From: an uncultured Vampirovibrionales bacterium
GTDB taxonomy: Bacteria > Cyanobacteriota > Vampirovibrionia > Vampirovibrionales > Vampirovibrionaceae
Direction: 5' to 3'
Length of the DNA: 64,000 nt
Assembly (NCBI GenBank): GCA_964390635.1
Contig: CAYMIG010000005.1
Span: 148,320-212,319 of the forward strand
Shown in pieces: positions 26,822 through 35,865 of this stretch. Numbering within the stretch: the stretch's first letter is position 1; every line of letters starts with the position of its first letter. The translations under genes and the position numbers were made by a program. The notes below the pieces were generated by a model that was given only the letters and a program-made list of their open reading frames with translations, was not told the DNA's origin and searched no databases.

Positions 26822-29026
26822 ATGGGAGATTTCACGTTTAACAGCCAGGCGGCCATCCGGGCGGGCAACAATGGCAATGTGCCCATGGGGCAACCGTTTG
26901 CCCAGCCTTTCGGCGCGGATGACGATTATATCGACCTGACCGGCGCCACCAACGTGGAAGGCGACGTGATCAACGTGGAAGGGGATTTGATTATCGTGCA
27001 GAACGGCGGCGGGGGCTATCCGGCTGCGGGTGGGTACGGTGGCTATGCCGGGGGCGGGTATGCCTACCCGGCTGCCGGGGGAGGATACGGATTTCCCGCA
27101 TACGGCGGCGGCGGTGGCGGCGGCTTTATGATGCCCCAGCCCTCCAGCCATATGATGGGCGTACTGAACGACATTTATGCCATGATGGCCCCGGTTCTGG
27201 CCGGTTTGACCGAATACATGGCCCAGTTGCAGCAGGTGATTGCCGCGCAGAAAGCGGGCCAAACCAGTGGTAGTGGCAATCCCGGCGACAGCGGCGGCGA
27301 TCATGGCGATGCCGGGGATCATGGGGATCACGGCGATCATGGCGATGCCGGGGATCATGGGGATCACGGCGATCATGGCTCCCAGCCCACCTACCATACC
27401 AGCGGGGCCGACAACGAGACGGCCATCCAGGTGCTGGAAGAGCTACGCCGGCGCACCCGCAGCGATGCCGGCGGCAACTGGAGCGATGCGGAACTGCGGG
27501 ATGCCGTGCGTGACATTGCCCGCGAGCTGGATATTGACGAGGATGAGGTGGACGGGATCATCGACACCATCCGTGACAACCACGAGGCCCTCTCCGCCCT
27601 GGACGGCCATCCGGGCGACCTGAACGCGGATGAGATTGATAGCATCGTGGAACTGCTGGATCGGGGCTTCTCGCTGGAGCAGATCATTGAGGAAGGCAAG
27701 CATCTGGATGAAGGCCAGAGCACGACCCTGCTGGAGAACAACCGGCCCTTGCACTACGAGCACCAGGAGGAGAAGGACACCGTCGTTGATGCCCTGGAGT
27801 TTGCCATCAGCCGTCGCAACGTCGAGGATTTTGCCGGCGATGACGGCAAGTACAGCGCCGATGAGCTGAACGAGCTGGCCGACGAGCTGGAGTCGCAAGG
27901 CAAGCAAGAGGCCGCCGATAAGCTGCGCTACATTGCCGACCACCGCGACGAGTTCACCATGCTGGACGGCCATGACGGCGACCTGAACCGCGATGAGCTG
28001 CGCAACATCCTGGAGCTGGTGGATCAGGGTTTCACCCTCAGCTACATCGCCAAAGAGGGCCAACTGCTGAAGGAAGCCGGCGGCAACCGCAGCACCAACC
28101 TGGCCGCCATCGGCGAGGTGGGCTTCCCCGGTGCCGAGGGTAGCGGTCGCTCCGAGCATACCGACGAGGCGGATGATGCCGATCACGCCGACGAGGTGGA
28201 TGATGCCGACGACGTCGATCATGGCGACGACGTGGAGGAGACCGAAGAAACGGAAGAGACCGAAGAACCGGAAGATTCCGATCATGCCGACGAGGCCGAT
28301 GACAGCGAGGCCGAGGTGGCCGATCGGGCCATGGCCTTCCTGCTGGATCACGTGGATGACATCCCCTCGGATGGCTCCTACAATGACCAGGATCTGCGCC
28401 GGGCGGCCAACCAGGCGCGCCGGGACGGCATGGATGCGGAGGCCGAGTTTATCGAGCAGCTGGCCGATGAAAAAGACGCCCTGACCTACGTGACCGATGG
28501 TGAATCTGGCTTGACCGGAGACCTGAAGGACTTCGAGCTTCAGGATCTGCGCCGCCTGCTGGCCGATGGCTGGACCCTGGATCAGCTGGTGGAGGCTGGG
28601 GAGCAGGGCATTGCCCTGGGCGACGTGGAAACATCCGCCTTCCATACCGATCCCGAGCGCCAGGATCTGGAGGAACAGGCCATCCAATACCTGATCGACA
28701 ACGTGGACACCTATCCGTCGGATGGCTCCTACAACGGCGACGATTTCGACAAGGCCATCGAGGATGCGCCCCCGGAACTGATTCCGGTGCTGCGGCAAAT
28801 GAAGGAGCAGCGCGGCAACCTGACCTATATGGACGGCCAGTCGGGCGACCTGAACGAAAACGAGCTGCGGCAATTGCTGGAGCTGGTGCAGCATGGCTAC
28901 AAGCTGGACTTCTTGTCCGCCGCCGGTGAGCGTAACTATTGGGACGGCGTTGGTACCGGGTGGTTTGTCGGCGATTTGGGCGAAAAGCTGCTGGGTTACG
29001 GCGGCCACCAAACCGAGGCGTCCTGA
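26822..29026 (+). CDS. large highly acidic repeat protein (Gly/Tyr-rich block, (DHG)n, (ETE)n, four ~45-aa DGxxGDLNxDEL repeats), N-terminus MGDFTFN…
   Basis: 734 aa from ATG 26822 (GGAG 7 nt upstream); very high Asp/Glu content; internal repeats visible by eye. Confidence 0.7.
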   Translation: MGDFTFNSQAAIRAGNNGNVPMGQPFAQPFGADDDYIDLTGATNVEGDVINVEGDLIIVQNGGGGYPAAGGYGGYAGGGYAYPAAGGGYGFPAYGGGGGGGFMMPQPSSHMMGVLNDIYAMMAPVLAGLTEYMAQLQQVIAAQKAGQTSGSGNPGDSGGDHGDAGDHGDHGDHGDAGDHGDHGDHGSQPTYHTSGADNETAIQVLEELRRRTRSDAGGNWSDAELRDAVRDIARELDIDEDEVDGIIDTIRDNHEALSALDGHPGDLNADEIDSIVELLDRGFSLEQIIEEGKHLDEGQSTTLLENNRPLHYEHQEEKDTVVDALEFAISRRNVEDFAGDDGKYSADELNELADELESQGKQEAADKLRYIADHRDEFTMLDGHDGDLNRDELRNILELVDQGFTLSYIAKEGQLLKEAGGNRSTNLAAIGEVGFPGAEGSGRSEHTDEADDADHADEVDDADDVDHGDDVEETEETEETEEPEDSDHADEADDSEAEVADRAMAFLLDHVDDIPSDGSYNDQDLRRAANQARRDGMDAEAEFIEQLADEKDALTYVTDGESGLTGDLKDFELQDLRRLLADGWTLDQLVEAGEQGIALGDVETSAFHTDPERQDLEEQAIQYLIDNVDTYPSDGSYNGDDFDKAIEDAPPELIPVLRQMKEQRGNLTYMDGQSGDLNENELRQLLELVQHGYKLDFLSAAGERNYWDGVGTGWFVGDLGEKLLGYGGHQTEAS
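27296..27379 (+). repeat. 36-bp in-frame tandem repeat (2.3 copies) encoding GDHGDAGDHGDH
   Basis: ggcgatcatggcgatgccggggatcatggggatcac repeated exactly twice plus 12-nt partial third copy. Confidence 0.8.
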
Positions 29027-29250
29027 AGAGTAAGCCCTGCGGGCGCTGAAGAGTAAGGCAAATCAAAAAAACTGCCGGGATCGTTGATTCCGGCAGTTTT
29101 TTAATGGTTGTCAGCCCTTTTTTTTGGCTGTAGCATTATTATCGGCAGGTTTTCGCAAAACTTGAGCCCTGTTTCCCCAAATCCGAAGCGTCTTAAGATT
29201 TCGGGCCCGATTCCCCAAAGTGCCGTCCCGTCTTGTAAAGGAAGCCGCCC

Positions 29251-30237
29251 ATGAGCACCGCCACCATCCTGGCCGAAGGCAAAACCAAGATTCTGCGACC
29301 CGGTGACCGTCCCGACGAGGTGCGGGTGGAGTACAAAAACGCCGCCACCGCCTTTAATGCCCAAAAAGTGGCCGAAGTGCCCGGCAAGGGTGAACTGAAC
29401 GCCCAGATTTCCACCATCCTGTTTCAACTGCTGGAAGAGGCGGGCATTCCCACCTGCTTTCGGGGCCCGGGCAGCCATCCGGCTGAGCTGATTTACCAAA
29501 GGCTGGCCATGATCCCCCTGGAGGTGGTGGTGCGCAATTATGCTTACGGCAGCATCGTCAAGCGGTTCGGCTTTCAGGAGGGCATGCCCTTCCAAAAGCC
29601 CCTGGTGGAGTACTTCTACAAGTCCAGCGATGATCCCCAAATCGCCGGGGATCTGATTGCCGAAATGGGCCTGGTGCCGTCCACCACCTCGCTGGAGGCG
29701 GTAAAGCGCATGGCCTTGCAAATCAACGAGGTGTTCCTAGGCTTTTTCGAGCCCCGGGGCATCCGGGTGGCGGACTTCAAGCTGGAATTCGGCCTGGATG
29801 AAGGTGGCCACCTGAAGCTGGGCGATGAGCTGAGCCCGGACAACTTCCGGCTGCGGGACGCCCACACCGGGGCGGTGCTGGATAAGGACGTGTTCCGCCT
29901 GGATCTGGGCGATCTGGGCGAGGCCTACCGCAGCTTGCTGGCCCGCATGCGCCAGCCCGTGGCCAGCGTGCGCGGCGCCCACCGGACGGCGTACGAGGCC
30001 GAGGTGACCGTCACCAGCCGCAAGAATATTTTGAACCCCGAGAGCAAGGCCATTATGGAGGGCCTGCAAACCCTGGGCTACCAGTCGGTAGGCCAGTTGC
30101 ACGCCGGCAAGCGTTTTGTCATCCGCATCGAGGCGGAAACCATGGTGGAGGCCGAGCGCCAGGTGGCCCGCATTGCCGAAAACGTGCTCAGCAACCCGGT
30201 GATCGAAGATTTCCACTACACCATAAGGCTGGCCTAG
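29251..30237 (+). CDS. purC: SAICAR synthetase fused to PurS (PurC-PurS fusion)
   Basis: 328 aa single ORF; N-terminal ~240 aa PurC (…GKTKIL…LEVVVRNYAYGS…), C-terminal ~80 aa PurS (…EVTVTSRKNILNPESKAIMEGLQTLGY…LSNPVIEDFHYTI). Confidence 0.85.
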   Translation: MSTATILAEGKTKILRPGDRPDEVRVEYKNAATAFNAQKVAEVPGKGELNAQISTILFQLLEEAGIPTCFRGPGSHPAELIYQRLAMIPLEVVVRNYAYGSIVKRFGFQEGMPFQKPLVEYFYKSSDDPQIAGDLIAEMGLVPSTTSLEAVKRMALQINEVFLGFFEPRGIRVADFKLEFGLDEGGHLKLGDELSPDNFRLRDAHTGAVLDKDVFRLDLGDLGEAYRSLLARMRQPVASVRGAHRTAYEAEVTVTSRKNILNPESKAIMEGLQTLGYQSVGQLHAGKRFVIRIEAETMVEAERQVARIAENVLSNPVIEDFHYTIRLA

Positions 30238-30915
30238 ATGAAATTCGGCATCGTCGTATTCCCCGGTTCCAACTGCGAGCGTGACCTGCACGACGCCATC
30301 CGGCTCTACCTGAAGGAAGAAGCCGTGTACCTCTGGCATAACGACCCGGATTTGCAAGGCGTGGACTGCGTGCTGCTACCTGGCGGCTTCAGCTATGGCG
30401 ATTACCTGCGCTCGGGGGCGATTGCCCGCTTCTCCCCGGTTATGGAAAGCGTGCGGGCCTTTGCCGAGAAAGGTGGCCCGGTGCTGGGCATCTGCAACGG
30501 CTTCCAAATCCTGACCGAATCGCACCTGTTGCCCGGGGCCCTGGTGAAAAACGCCTCCCTGCAATTTCAGTGCGATCACGTGGCCCTGACCGTGGAGAAC
30601 AACCGCACCCCCTTTACCACGGCCTACGCCCCGGGCCAGCGCCTGCGGCTGCCCATTGCCCATGCCGAAGGCAACTATTATGCCGAACCGGAGGTGGTTA
30701 AACGCCTGGAAGACAACCACCAGGTGGTGTTCCGCTACGTGCAGGATGTGAACGGCTCGGTCAACCGCATTGCGGGCATCTGCAACGAGCGGGGCAACGT
30801 GGTGGGCATGATGCCCCACCCCGAACGCAACCTGTGGCAGGGCGAGAACTGGAACGCCGACGGCTGCGCGGTGTTCGATTCCATCCTGCGTTCGGCCCTG
30901 TCCGTGGCCCGCTAG
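30238..30915 (+). CDS. purQ: FGAM synthase glutamine amidotransferase subunit PurQ
   Basis: 225 aa; [16 protein letters not shown]…[10 protein letters not shown]…GICNGFQIL…. Confidence 0.9.
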   Translation: MKFGIVVFPGSNCERDLHDAIRLYLKEEAVYLWHNDPDLQGVDCVLLPGGFSYGDYLRSGAIARFSPVMESVRAFAEKGGPVLGICNGFQILTESHLLPGALVKNASLQFQCDHVALTVENNRTPFTTAYAPGQRLRLPIAHAEGNYYAEPEVVKRLEDNHQVVFRYVQDVNGSVNRIAGICNERGNVVGMMPHPERNLWQGENWNADGCAVFDSILRSALSVAR

Positions 30916-31130
30916 GCCGCGTTCTCTGCTATAGTGGAAACAGCGATCGGGAGTCAGTCGTGGATCGACGTCAACGCATCTTTCTCTATGGGGTCATCCT
31001 GGGCCTGGCGGTCTTTTTCTTCATTTTCCACTTCATGAACGCCGCCTTCCGGGCCACCCATGGCGTGGAAGTGCATACCCCAGGCTCCCATTCCTCCCCA
31101 GGCCGTCCCTAGCCTTTTAACCGCAAGGCC

Positions 31131-32648
31131 TCAGGCCGGCGAGCCGGTGGTCAGGGTGAGGGCCGTTTCCACTCGTTGCAGCACGGTCTCTTTGCCCAAA
31201 ATGTACAGGGTCTTGGACAGATCCGCCCCGTGCACCCGGCCAGTCACCGCCGCCCGGATGGTCCACATTACGGTTTTGGTCTTGATGGGCTTCAGGCCGT
31301 CGGTAAAGGCCTTCAGCGCCGGGGCCACGCTTTCCGGCGACGAGAAATCCGCTTGTTGCACGAACTCCCGGAACCGGTGCAGCACGGTGGCGGGTTCTTC
31401 ACCGGTCAGTACCTCGCCCACCAGCTGGGCATCCAGAATCACGTTTTGCCCAAAGAAGTAACTGATGGCTTCCGGCAGCTCGCTGAGCACGGTGATAGGC
31501 TCCCGCACCGCCTCCAGCATCATCAGCAACTTGTCCTGGGGGTACAGGCCCAGATCGAAGTGGTGCAGGTAGGGCCGGGCCCGCTCCAGTAGCTCATCCA
31601 GCGGCAGCGCGCGGATGTACTTGCCGTTGATGAAGTTCAGCTTGTCCTTTTCAAAGATGGCGGCGCTGGGGTTGATGCGATCCAGGCTGAATTGCTCGGC
31701 AAAGTGGCTGAGGGGGGCCACCTCCTCGCCATCCGGGGGCGACCAGCCCAGCAAGGCAATGAAATTGCAGAAGGCTTCCGGCAGGTAGCCTTGGCGAATG
31801 TAGTCTGACACCGCCACGGCCCCGTGCCGCTTCGACAGTTTGCTGCGATCGGGGGCCAGGATCATGCTGACATGGGCAAACTCCGGGGCCGGCACCCCCA
31901 GGGCCTCGTACAGCAGGATTTGCCGGGGGGTGTTGGAGATGTGGTCTTCGCCCCGAATGACATGGGAAATGCGCATCAGGTGGTCATCCACCACCACCGC
32001 AAAGTTGTAGCTGGCGGTGCCGTCCGATTTCAGGATCACGAAATCGCTCATCAGCGCGCTGTCAAAGGACACCTCGCCCCGCACGTGATCCTGGAAGGTT
32101 ACTATGCCCCGATCTGGGGGAATGCGGAAGCGGATGGAGGCCGGGCGCTCGGTGCCGTCGGCCAGCTTCTGGGCGGCTAGCGCGGTGTGGGCGGCTTCGT
32201 CGCGGCAAGGATCCACAAAGGCCTCCTCGCCGGTCACCTGCTCCTTCAGGGCGTCCAGCTCGGCCTGGGTGTGGTAGCAGGGGTAGGCTTTGCCTTCGGC
32301 CAGCAGCTTGTGGGCCCAGTCCCGGTATAGGGACAGCCGTTCCGACTGGGAGTATGGGGCGCAAGGCCCGCCAATGTCCGGCCCTTCGTCCCAGTGCAGG
32401 TTGAGGGCCTTCAGGCTTTCGTAGATGTTGTGGGTGAATTCCGGCTTGGAGCGCTCCAGGTCGGTGTCTTCAATGCGCAGGATGAACTTTCCGCCATGCC
32501 GGCGGGCAAAGAGGTAGTTGAACAGGGCGGTACGGGCGGTGCCTACATGCAAAAAGCCGGTAGGGCTGGGGGCAATGCGGACGCGGACTTCGCTCACGAC
32601 GGGCCTCGATTCTCTGCGAACCGAACCAGCATAAGGCAAAGGCGCCAA
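31131..32648 (-). CDS. gltX: glutamyl-tRNA synthetase
   Basis: class I aaRS motifs (APSPTGFLHVG, KLSKR); true start probably internal GTG near 32597 (VSEVRVRIAPSPTG). Confidence 0.85.
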   Translation of the reverse strand: MAPLPYAGSVRRESRPVVSEVRVRIAPSPTGFLHVGTARTALFNYLFARRHGGKFILRIEDTDLERSKPEFTHNIYESLKALNLHWDEGPDIGGPCAPYSQSERLSLYRDWAHKLLAEGKAYPCYHTQAELDALKEQVTGEEAFVDPCRDEAAHTALAAQKLADGTERPASIRFRIPPDRGIVTFQDHVRGEVSFDSALMSDFVILKSDGTASYNFAVVVDDHLMRISHVIRGEDHISNTPRQILLYEALGVPAPEFAHVSMILAPDRSKLSKRHGAVAVSDYIRQGYLPEAFCNFIALLGWSPPDGEEVAPLSHFAEQFSLDRINPSAAIFEKDKLNFINGKYIRALPLDELLERARPYLHHFDLGLYPQDKLLMMLEAVREPITVLSELPEAISYFFGQNVILDAQLVGEVLTGEEPATVLHRFREFVQQADFSSPESVAPALKAFTDGLKPIKTKTVMWTIRAAVTGRVHGADLSKTLYILGKETVLQRVETALTLTTGSPA

Positions 32649-32711
32649 CCATTCAAGCCGCCACCCGGCCTTCGGGCGGGAAACGATGAGGGGGCCAAAA
32701 CCCTACCCGGC

Positions 32712-33674
32712 TTAGGTATTGGGCTTGACCACTTCCAGCTTGACGTTGCCCACGCCGGACAGGCCGATGGCGCTGGCCGCCCCTCTGGAGAGGTCGATAA
32801 TGCGGCCATGGGCGTATGGGCCCCGATCGGTGATTTTCACGATGCAGCTCTTGCGGGTGCGCTGGTTGGTGACTTTCACCAAGGTGCCGAAGGGCAGGGT
32901 GCGGTGGGCCGCAGTCAGGGCGTACTGGTTAAAGCGCGCCCCACTGGCGGTGCGGCGGCCATGGAAGATGCCGCCGTACCACGATGCCATGCCGGTCTGA
33001 ACTTGTCCGGTGGGCTGGTACTCGGCCAGCGGAAACAGATCGGGTAGATCTTTGGTGGTCAGCTCGGAGCCACCCAGGCTTTCCCGGATGCGGTTGGCCC
33101 ATACCAATGCCAGCTGGTCACGGGGAATGCCGGCGGCCATGGCATTGGTAGCGTCCACGGTGGTTAGCACCTCATCGCCCATTCGAATCACCACCAGGCT
33201 GCCTTTTTTGGCGGGTTTAATTTCTTCGGGGCCGTTGCCGTTTTGCAGGTAGCGCACCAGCCGCTCGCTCATGATCTGGGCGCGGGAGTAGGGCTCAATG
33301 CCCGCCACTTCCTTGCGAAAGCGCACCGCCTCCATGTCGTTGATGAACACGCTGGCCTCATCGCCGTCGGTTGCAGCCTGGATGCGCACGGGACGCTCCT
33401 CGCTCATGAAGAAGTTGTAGATCTCGGTATCATCGGGGGCATTGCCGGGCCCGTCCACGGGAGGCGCCTTCAGCGGGTTGGCCGGGATGGCGTCGCCCTG
33501 GGACGGCTGGTTCTGTTCCTCTCCCTTTTCAATGATGGAAGCCATCTGGGTGACTGGCTCTGCCTGGCTGGCCGTCATTTCGGCGAGTGCGTCGGGGAAT
33601 AGCCAGGTGATGATGGATCCGGTACCTAACAGGATGGCGGAAACCGCCATAATTGATAGGTGTTTAAAGGTCAT
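32712..33674 (-). CDS. RlpA-like (double-psi beta-barrel) lytic transglycosylase-related protein with N-terminal anchor
   Basis: start taken at ATG 33674 (MTFKHLSIMAVSAILLG…); C-terminal DPBB motif (ASWYGG…GRRTASGARF…TAAHRTLPFGTLVKVTN…). Confidence 0.7.
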   Translation of the reverse strand: MTFKHLSIMAVSAILLGTGSIITWLFPDALAEMTASQAEPVTQMASIIEKGEEQNQPSQGDAIPANPLKAPPVDGPGNAPDDTEIYNFFMSEERPVRIQAATDGDEASVFINDMEAVRFRKEVAGIEPYSRAQIMSERLVRYLQNGNGPEEIKPAKKGSLVVIRMGDEVLTTVDATNAMAAGIPRDQLALVWANRIRESLGGSELTTKDLPDLFPLAEYQPTGQVQTGMASWYGGIFHGRRTASGARFNQYALTAAHRTLPFGTLVKVTNQRTRKSCIVKITDRGPYAHGRIIDLSRGAASAIGLSGVGNVKLEVVKPNT

Positions 33675-34053
33675 ACTGGGGTTCTCCTGTTCCTCTTCCA
33701 CAGTTTTTGAAGGGGCCAGAGGCAAAAACGGCCTAGCGAAAACGCTTTGCAGAAAAATTCTGCTGGCTCCTCCCGGAGTGATCCAAAAGTTACTATGACC
33801 TCCGCGTTACCCGCAACCTCTCAGGAGCTTGCTTTTACATTTCCCTTATCTTTTACACATCAAAACTTTACATTGGGAGTTTCAAAAATATATTTAAAAA
33901 ATATCGTTTTCCTATCCCTTGTTCAGGCCGGAAGACGAAAAAGTATATCTAATCGACAAATGTTAAAAATTTGGGGTATGCTGCCCCCAGAAATCAGCCC
34001 TGATTTACTATTTGCATTCAAATTTTAATATAAATTTAAAAAGAAAGCGGATT

Positions 34054-34995
34054 ATGGCGGACGAATGCCAGCATGGCCTTAGCCATCACCACCATCACCA
34101 TCATCATGCCGGGGTGGCCGAGGGCATGGCACCGGCCTATGCCCAAAAACTGCAATGGGTGCTGGGGCTGGCCTTGCTGTACCTGGTAGCCCAGGTGGCA
34201 GGCAGTTTTCTCACGGGCAGCCTGGCCCTGTTGGCCGAGGCGGGCCACAAACTGGCCGATGCCGGCTCTATTGCCCTGGCCCTGTTTGCGGCCTGGTTTT
34301 CCCGGCTGTCCACGTCCCCGCAAAAAACTTTTGGCTATTACCGGCTGGAGATCCTGGCGGCCTTATTGAACGGCTGCGCCTTGTTTGTGGTGGCCCTGAC
34401 CATTCTGTTTGAGGCGGTGGAGCGCATGCAGGGAGGGCATCACCACATTGAGGGCCAGGCCATGCTGTGGGTAGCTTGCACGGGGCTGCTTATCAACTTG
34501 TTGGCGGCCTGGATCCTGTTTCCGGCCCGGGACAGCAACCTGAACGTCAAGGTGGCGCTCTTTCACGTGATGGCCGATATCCTGGGCTCCGCCGGAACCA
34601 TTTTTACCGCGGTGGGCATCCTGCTGTTTCAGGCTACCTGGCTGGATACCCTGACCAGCGTGGTTATTGCCTCCCTGGTGTTGTTTAATGCGGGGCGGGT
34701 GGTGAAGGAAGCCGCCCACATCCTGCTGGAGGCAGCCCCGGGGCGCCTGGACGTGGGCGGGGTGAAGCGCTACCTGCAAGGCAAGCCCGGGGTGACCGAC
34801 GTGCATGATCTGCATATCTGGACCATTACCACCGGCAAGGAGGCCTTGCTGGCCCATGTGCGGGTGACCCAGGAGGCCTTCAACTATGCCACCGCCCAGC
34901 ACCTGGAAAAAGACCTGCGGGAACGCTTCGACCTTTGTCACATTACCGTGCAGCTGGAACCGCCCGGCTTCGAGGAGGATGAGATCCTCTTTTAA
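34054..34995 (+). CDS. cation diffusion facilitator (CzcD/ZitB-like) metal efflux transporter with His-rich N-terminus
   Basis: MADECQHGLSHHHHHHHHAG…; six TM helices, HxxxD motifs, C-terminal cytoplasmic domain. Confidence 0.8.
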   Translation: MADECQHGLSHHHHHHHHAGVAEGMAPAYAQKLQWVLGLALLYLVAQVAGSFLTGSLALLAEAGHKLADAGSIALALFAAWFSRLSTSPQKTFGYYRLEILAALLNGCALFVVALTILFEAVERMQGGHHHIEGQAMLWVACTGLLINLLAAWILFPARDSNLNVKVALFHVMADILGSAGTIFTAVGILLFQATWLDTLTSVVIASLVLFNAGRVVKEAAHILLEAAPGRLDVGGVKRYLQGKPGVTDVHDLHIWTITTGKEALLAHVRVTQEAFNYATAQHLEKDLRERFDLCHITVQLEPPGFEEDEILF

Positions 34996-35075
34996 GGTAA
35001 GGCGCCTTTTGTGCATTTCAGGTCACAAAAAAGCCCGGTGAAACCGCCGGGCTTTTTGGTTTAAAGCGTGCTTGC

Positions 35076-35618
35076 TTAATAGTTTTTGGGCGGGATGACC
35101 AGCTTCTGGTCAATCTGGATGGCATCCGGGCTGGGCAGGTTGTTGGCCCGCTGTATTTTGTCCACGTACTGCGGCGCGCTGGAGCCGTAAACCTTGTAGG
35201 CAATGCCGCCCAGCGTATCCCCGCTTTGCACGGTATAGGTGGTCTCTCCGCCCCGGGGGCCAGCCGTCCGGGGGGCGCTGGCGGGGGCCTTGCTTTCGGC
35301 AGAGGCGGGTTCCGCGGGCTCGGCCTGATCGGCCACGGGGGTGGTCACCTCGCTGGTGTTGGTGGTGATGTGCGGTCGGTTGATAATCAGCATAAAGACC
35401 GCCGTGGTCACCAGGATGCCCAGCAACAGCCCCGCCACGAAGCTGAGCACCGGGGAGCGCTCCTCGCGCTGGAACAGGCGGGAGTTGGACCACAGCATAT
35501 CCAGCTCGTGCGGCAGCTCGTGATCGGCGCGCACGTAGACGCCGGGGGTTCTTTCTTGCAAATCTGCGGGCATCGGTCTCTCTTCTCCGAAGTCGGGGTC
35601 AAACTCTCTACGCAACAT
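35076..35618 (-). CDS. LysM-domain membrane-anchored protein
   Basis: 180 aa; TM anchor, Pro/Ala-rich linker, C-terminal LysM (YTVQSGDTLGGIAYKVYG…). Confidence 0.65.
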   Translation of the reverse strand: MLRREFDPDFGEERPMPADLQERTPGVYVRADHELPHELDMLWSNSRLFQREERSPVLSFVAGLLLGILVTTAVFMLIINRPHITTNTSEVTTPVADQAEPAEPASAESKAPASAPRTAGPRGGETTYTVQSGDTLGGIAYKVYGSSAPQYVDKIQRANNLPSPDAIQIDQKLVIPPKNY

Positions 35619-35865
35619 CTTATGGAACCTGTCGGTTGATTACAATGCAGTGTAAATTTTGTCGTTGTAAAAATTGATGACGGGGCCGGCCAAACACCTG
35701 TGCCCGCAACACGCCGGCGACCGGGAAACCCTGAAGCTGAACCGTTTTCTGGCCTTGTCGCCAACAGCACCTTGTTATTGTACTATACTTATTCCACCAA
35801 ACGGTTTGTGTTAAGCAGCTTGTCTGTGATCTCCCCCCGTTTTTATCGTACCGACAGGAACCGCG

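Noticed and set aside
27296-27379. Tandem repeat considered as a possible CRISPR-like or minisatellite array
   Set aside because: Only 2.3 copies with no spacers, fully in-frame inside a coding sequence; it is a coding repeat, not a CRISPR array. No CRISPR repeats seen elsewhere in the window.
33747-34028. 93-aa ORF in AT-rich region upstream of the CDF transporter
   Set aside because: Composition unlike neighbouring genes, no RBS, overlaps probable promoter region; judged non-coding.
35619-35865. Possible T-box leader upstream of valS
   Set aside because: Searched the 247-bp upstream region for the conserved T-box motif (AATTAGGGTGGNACCGCG-like) and specifier/antiterminator architecture; not found.
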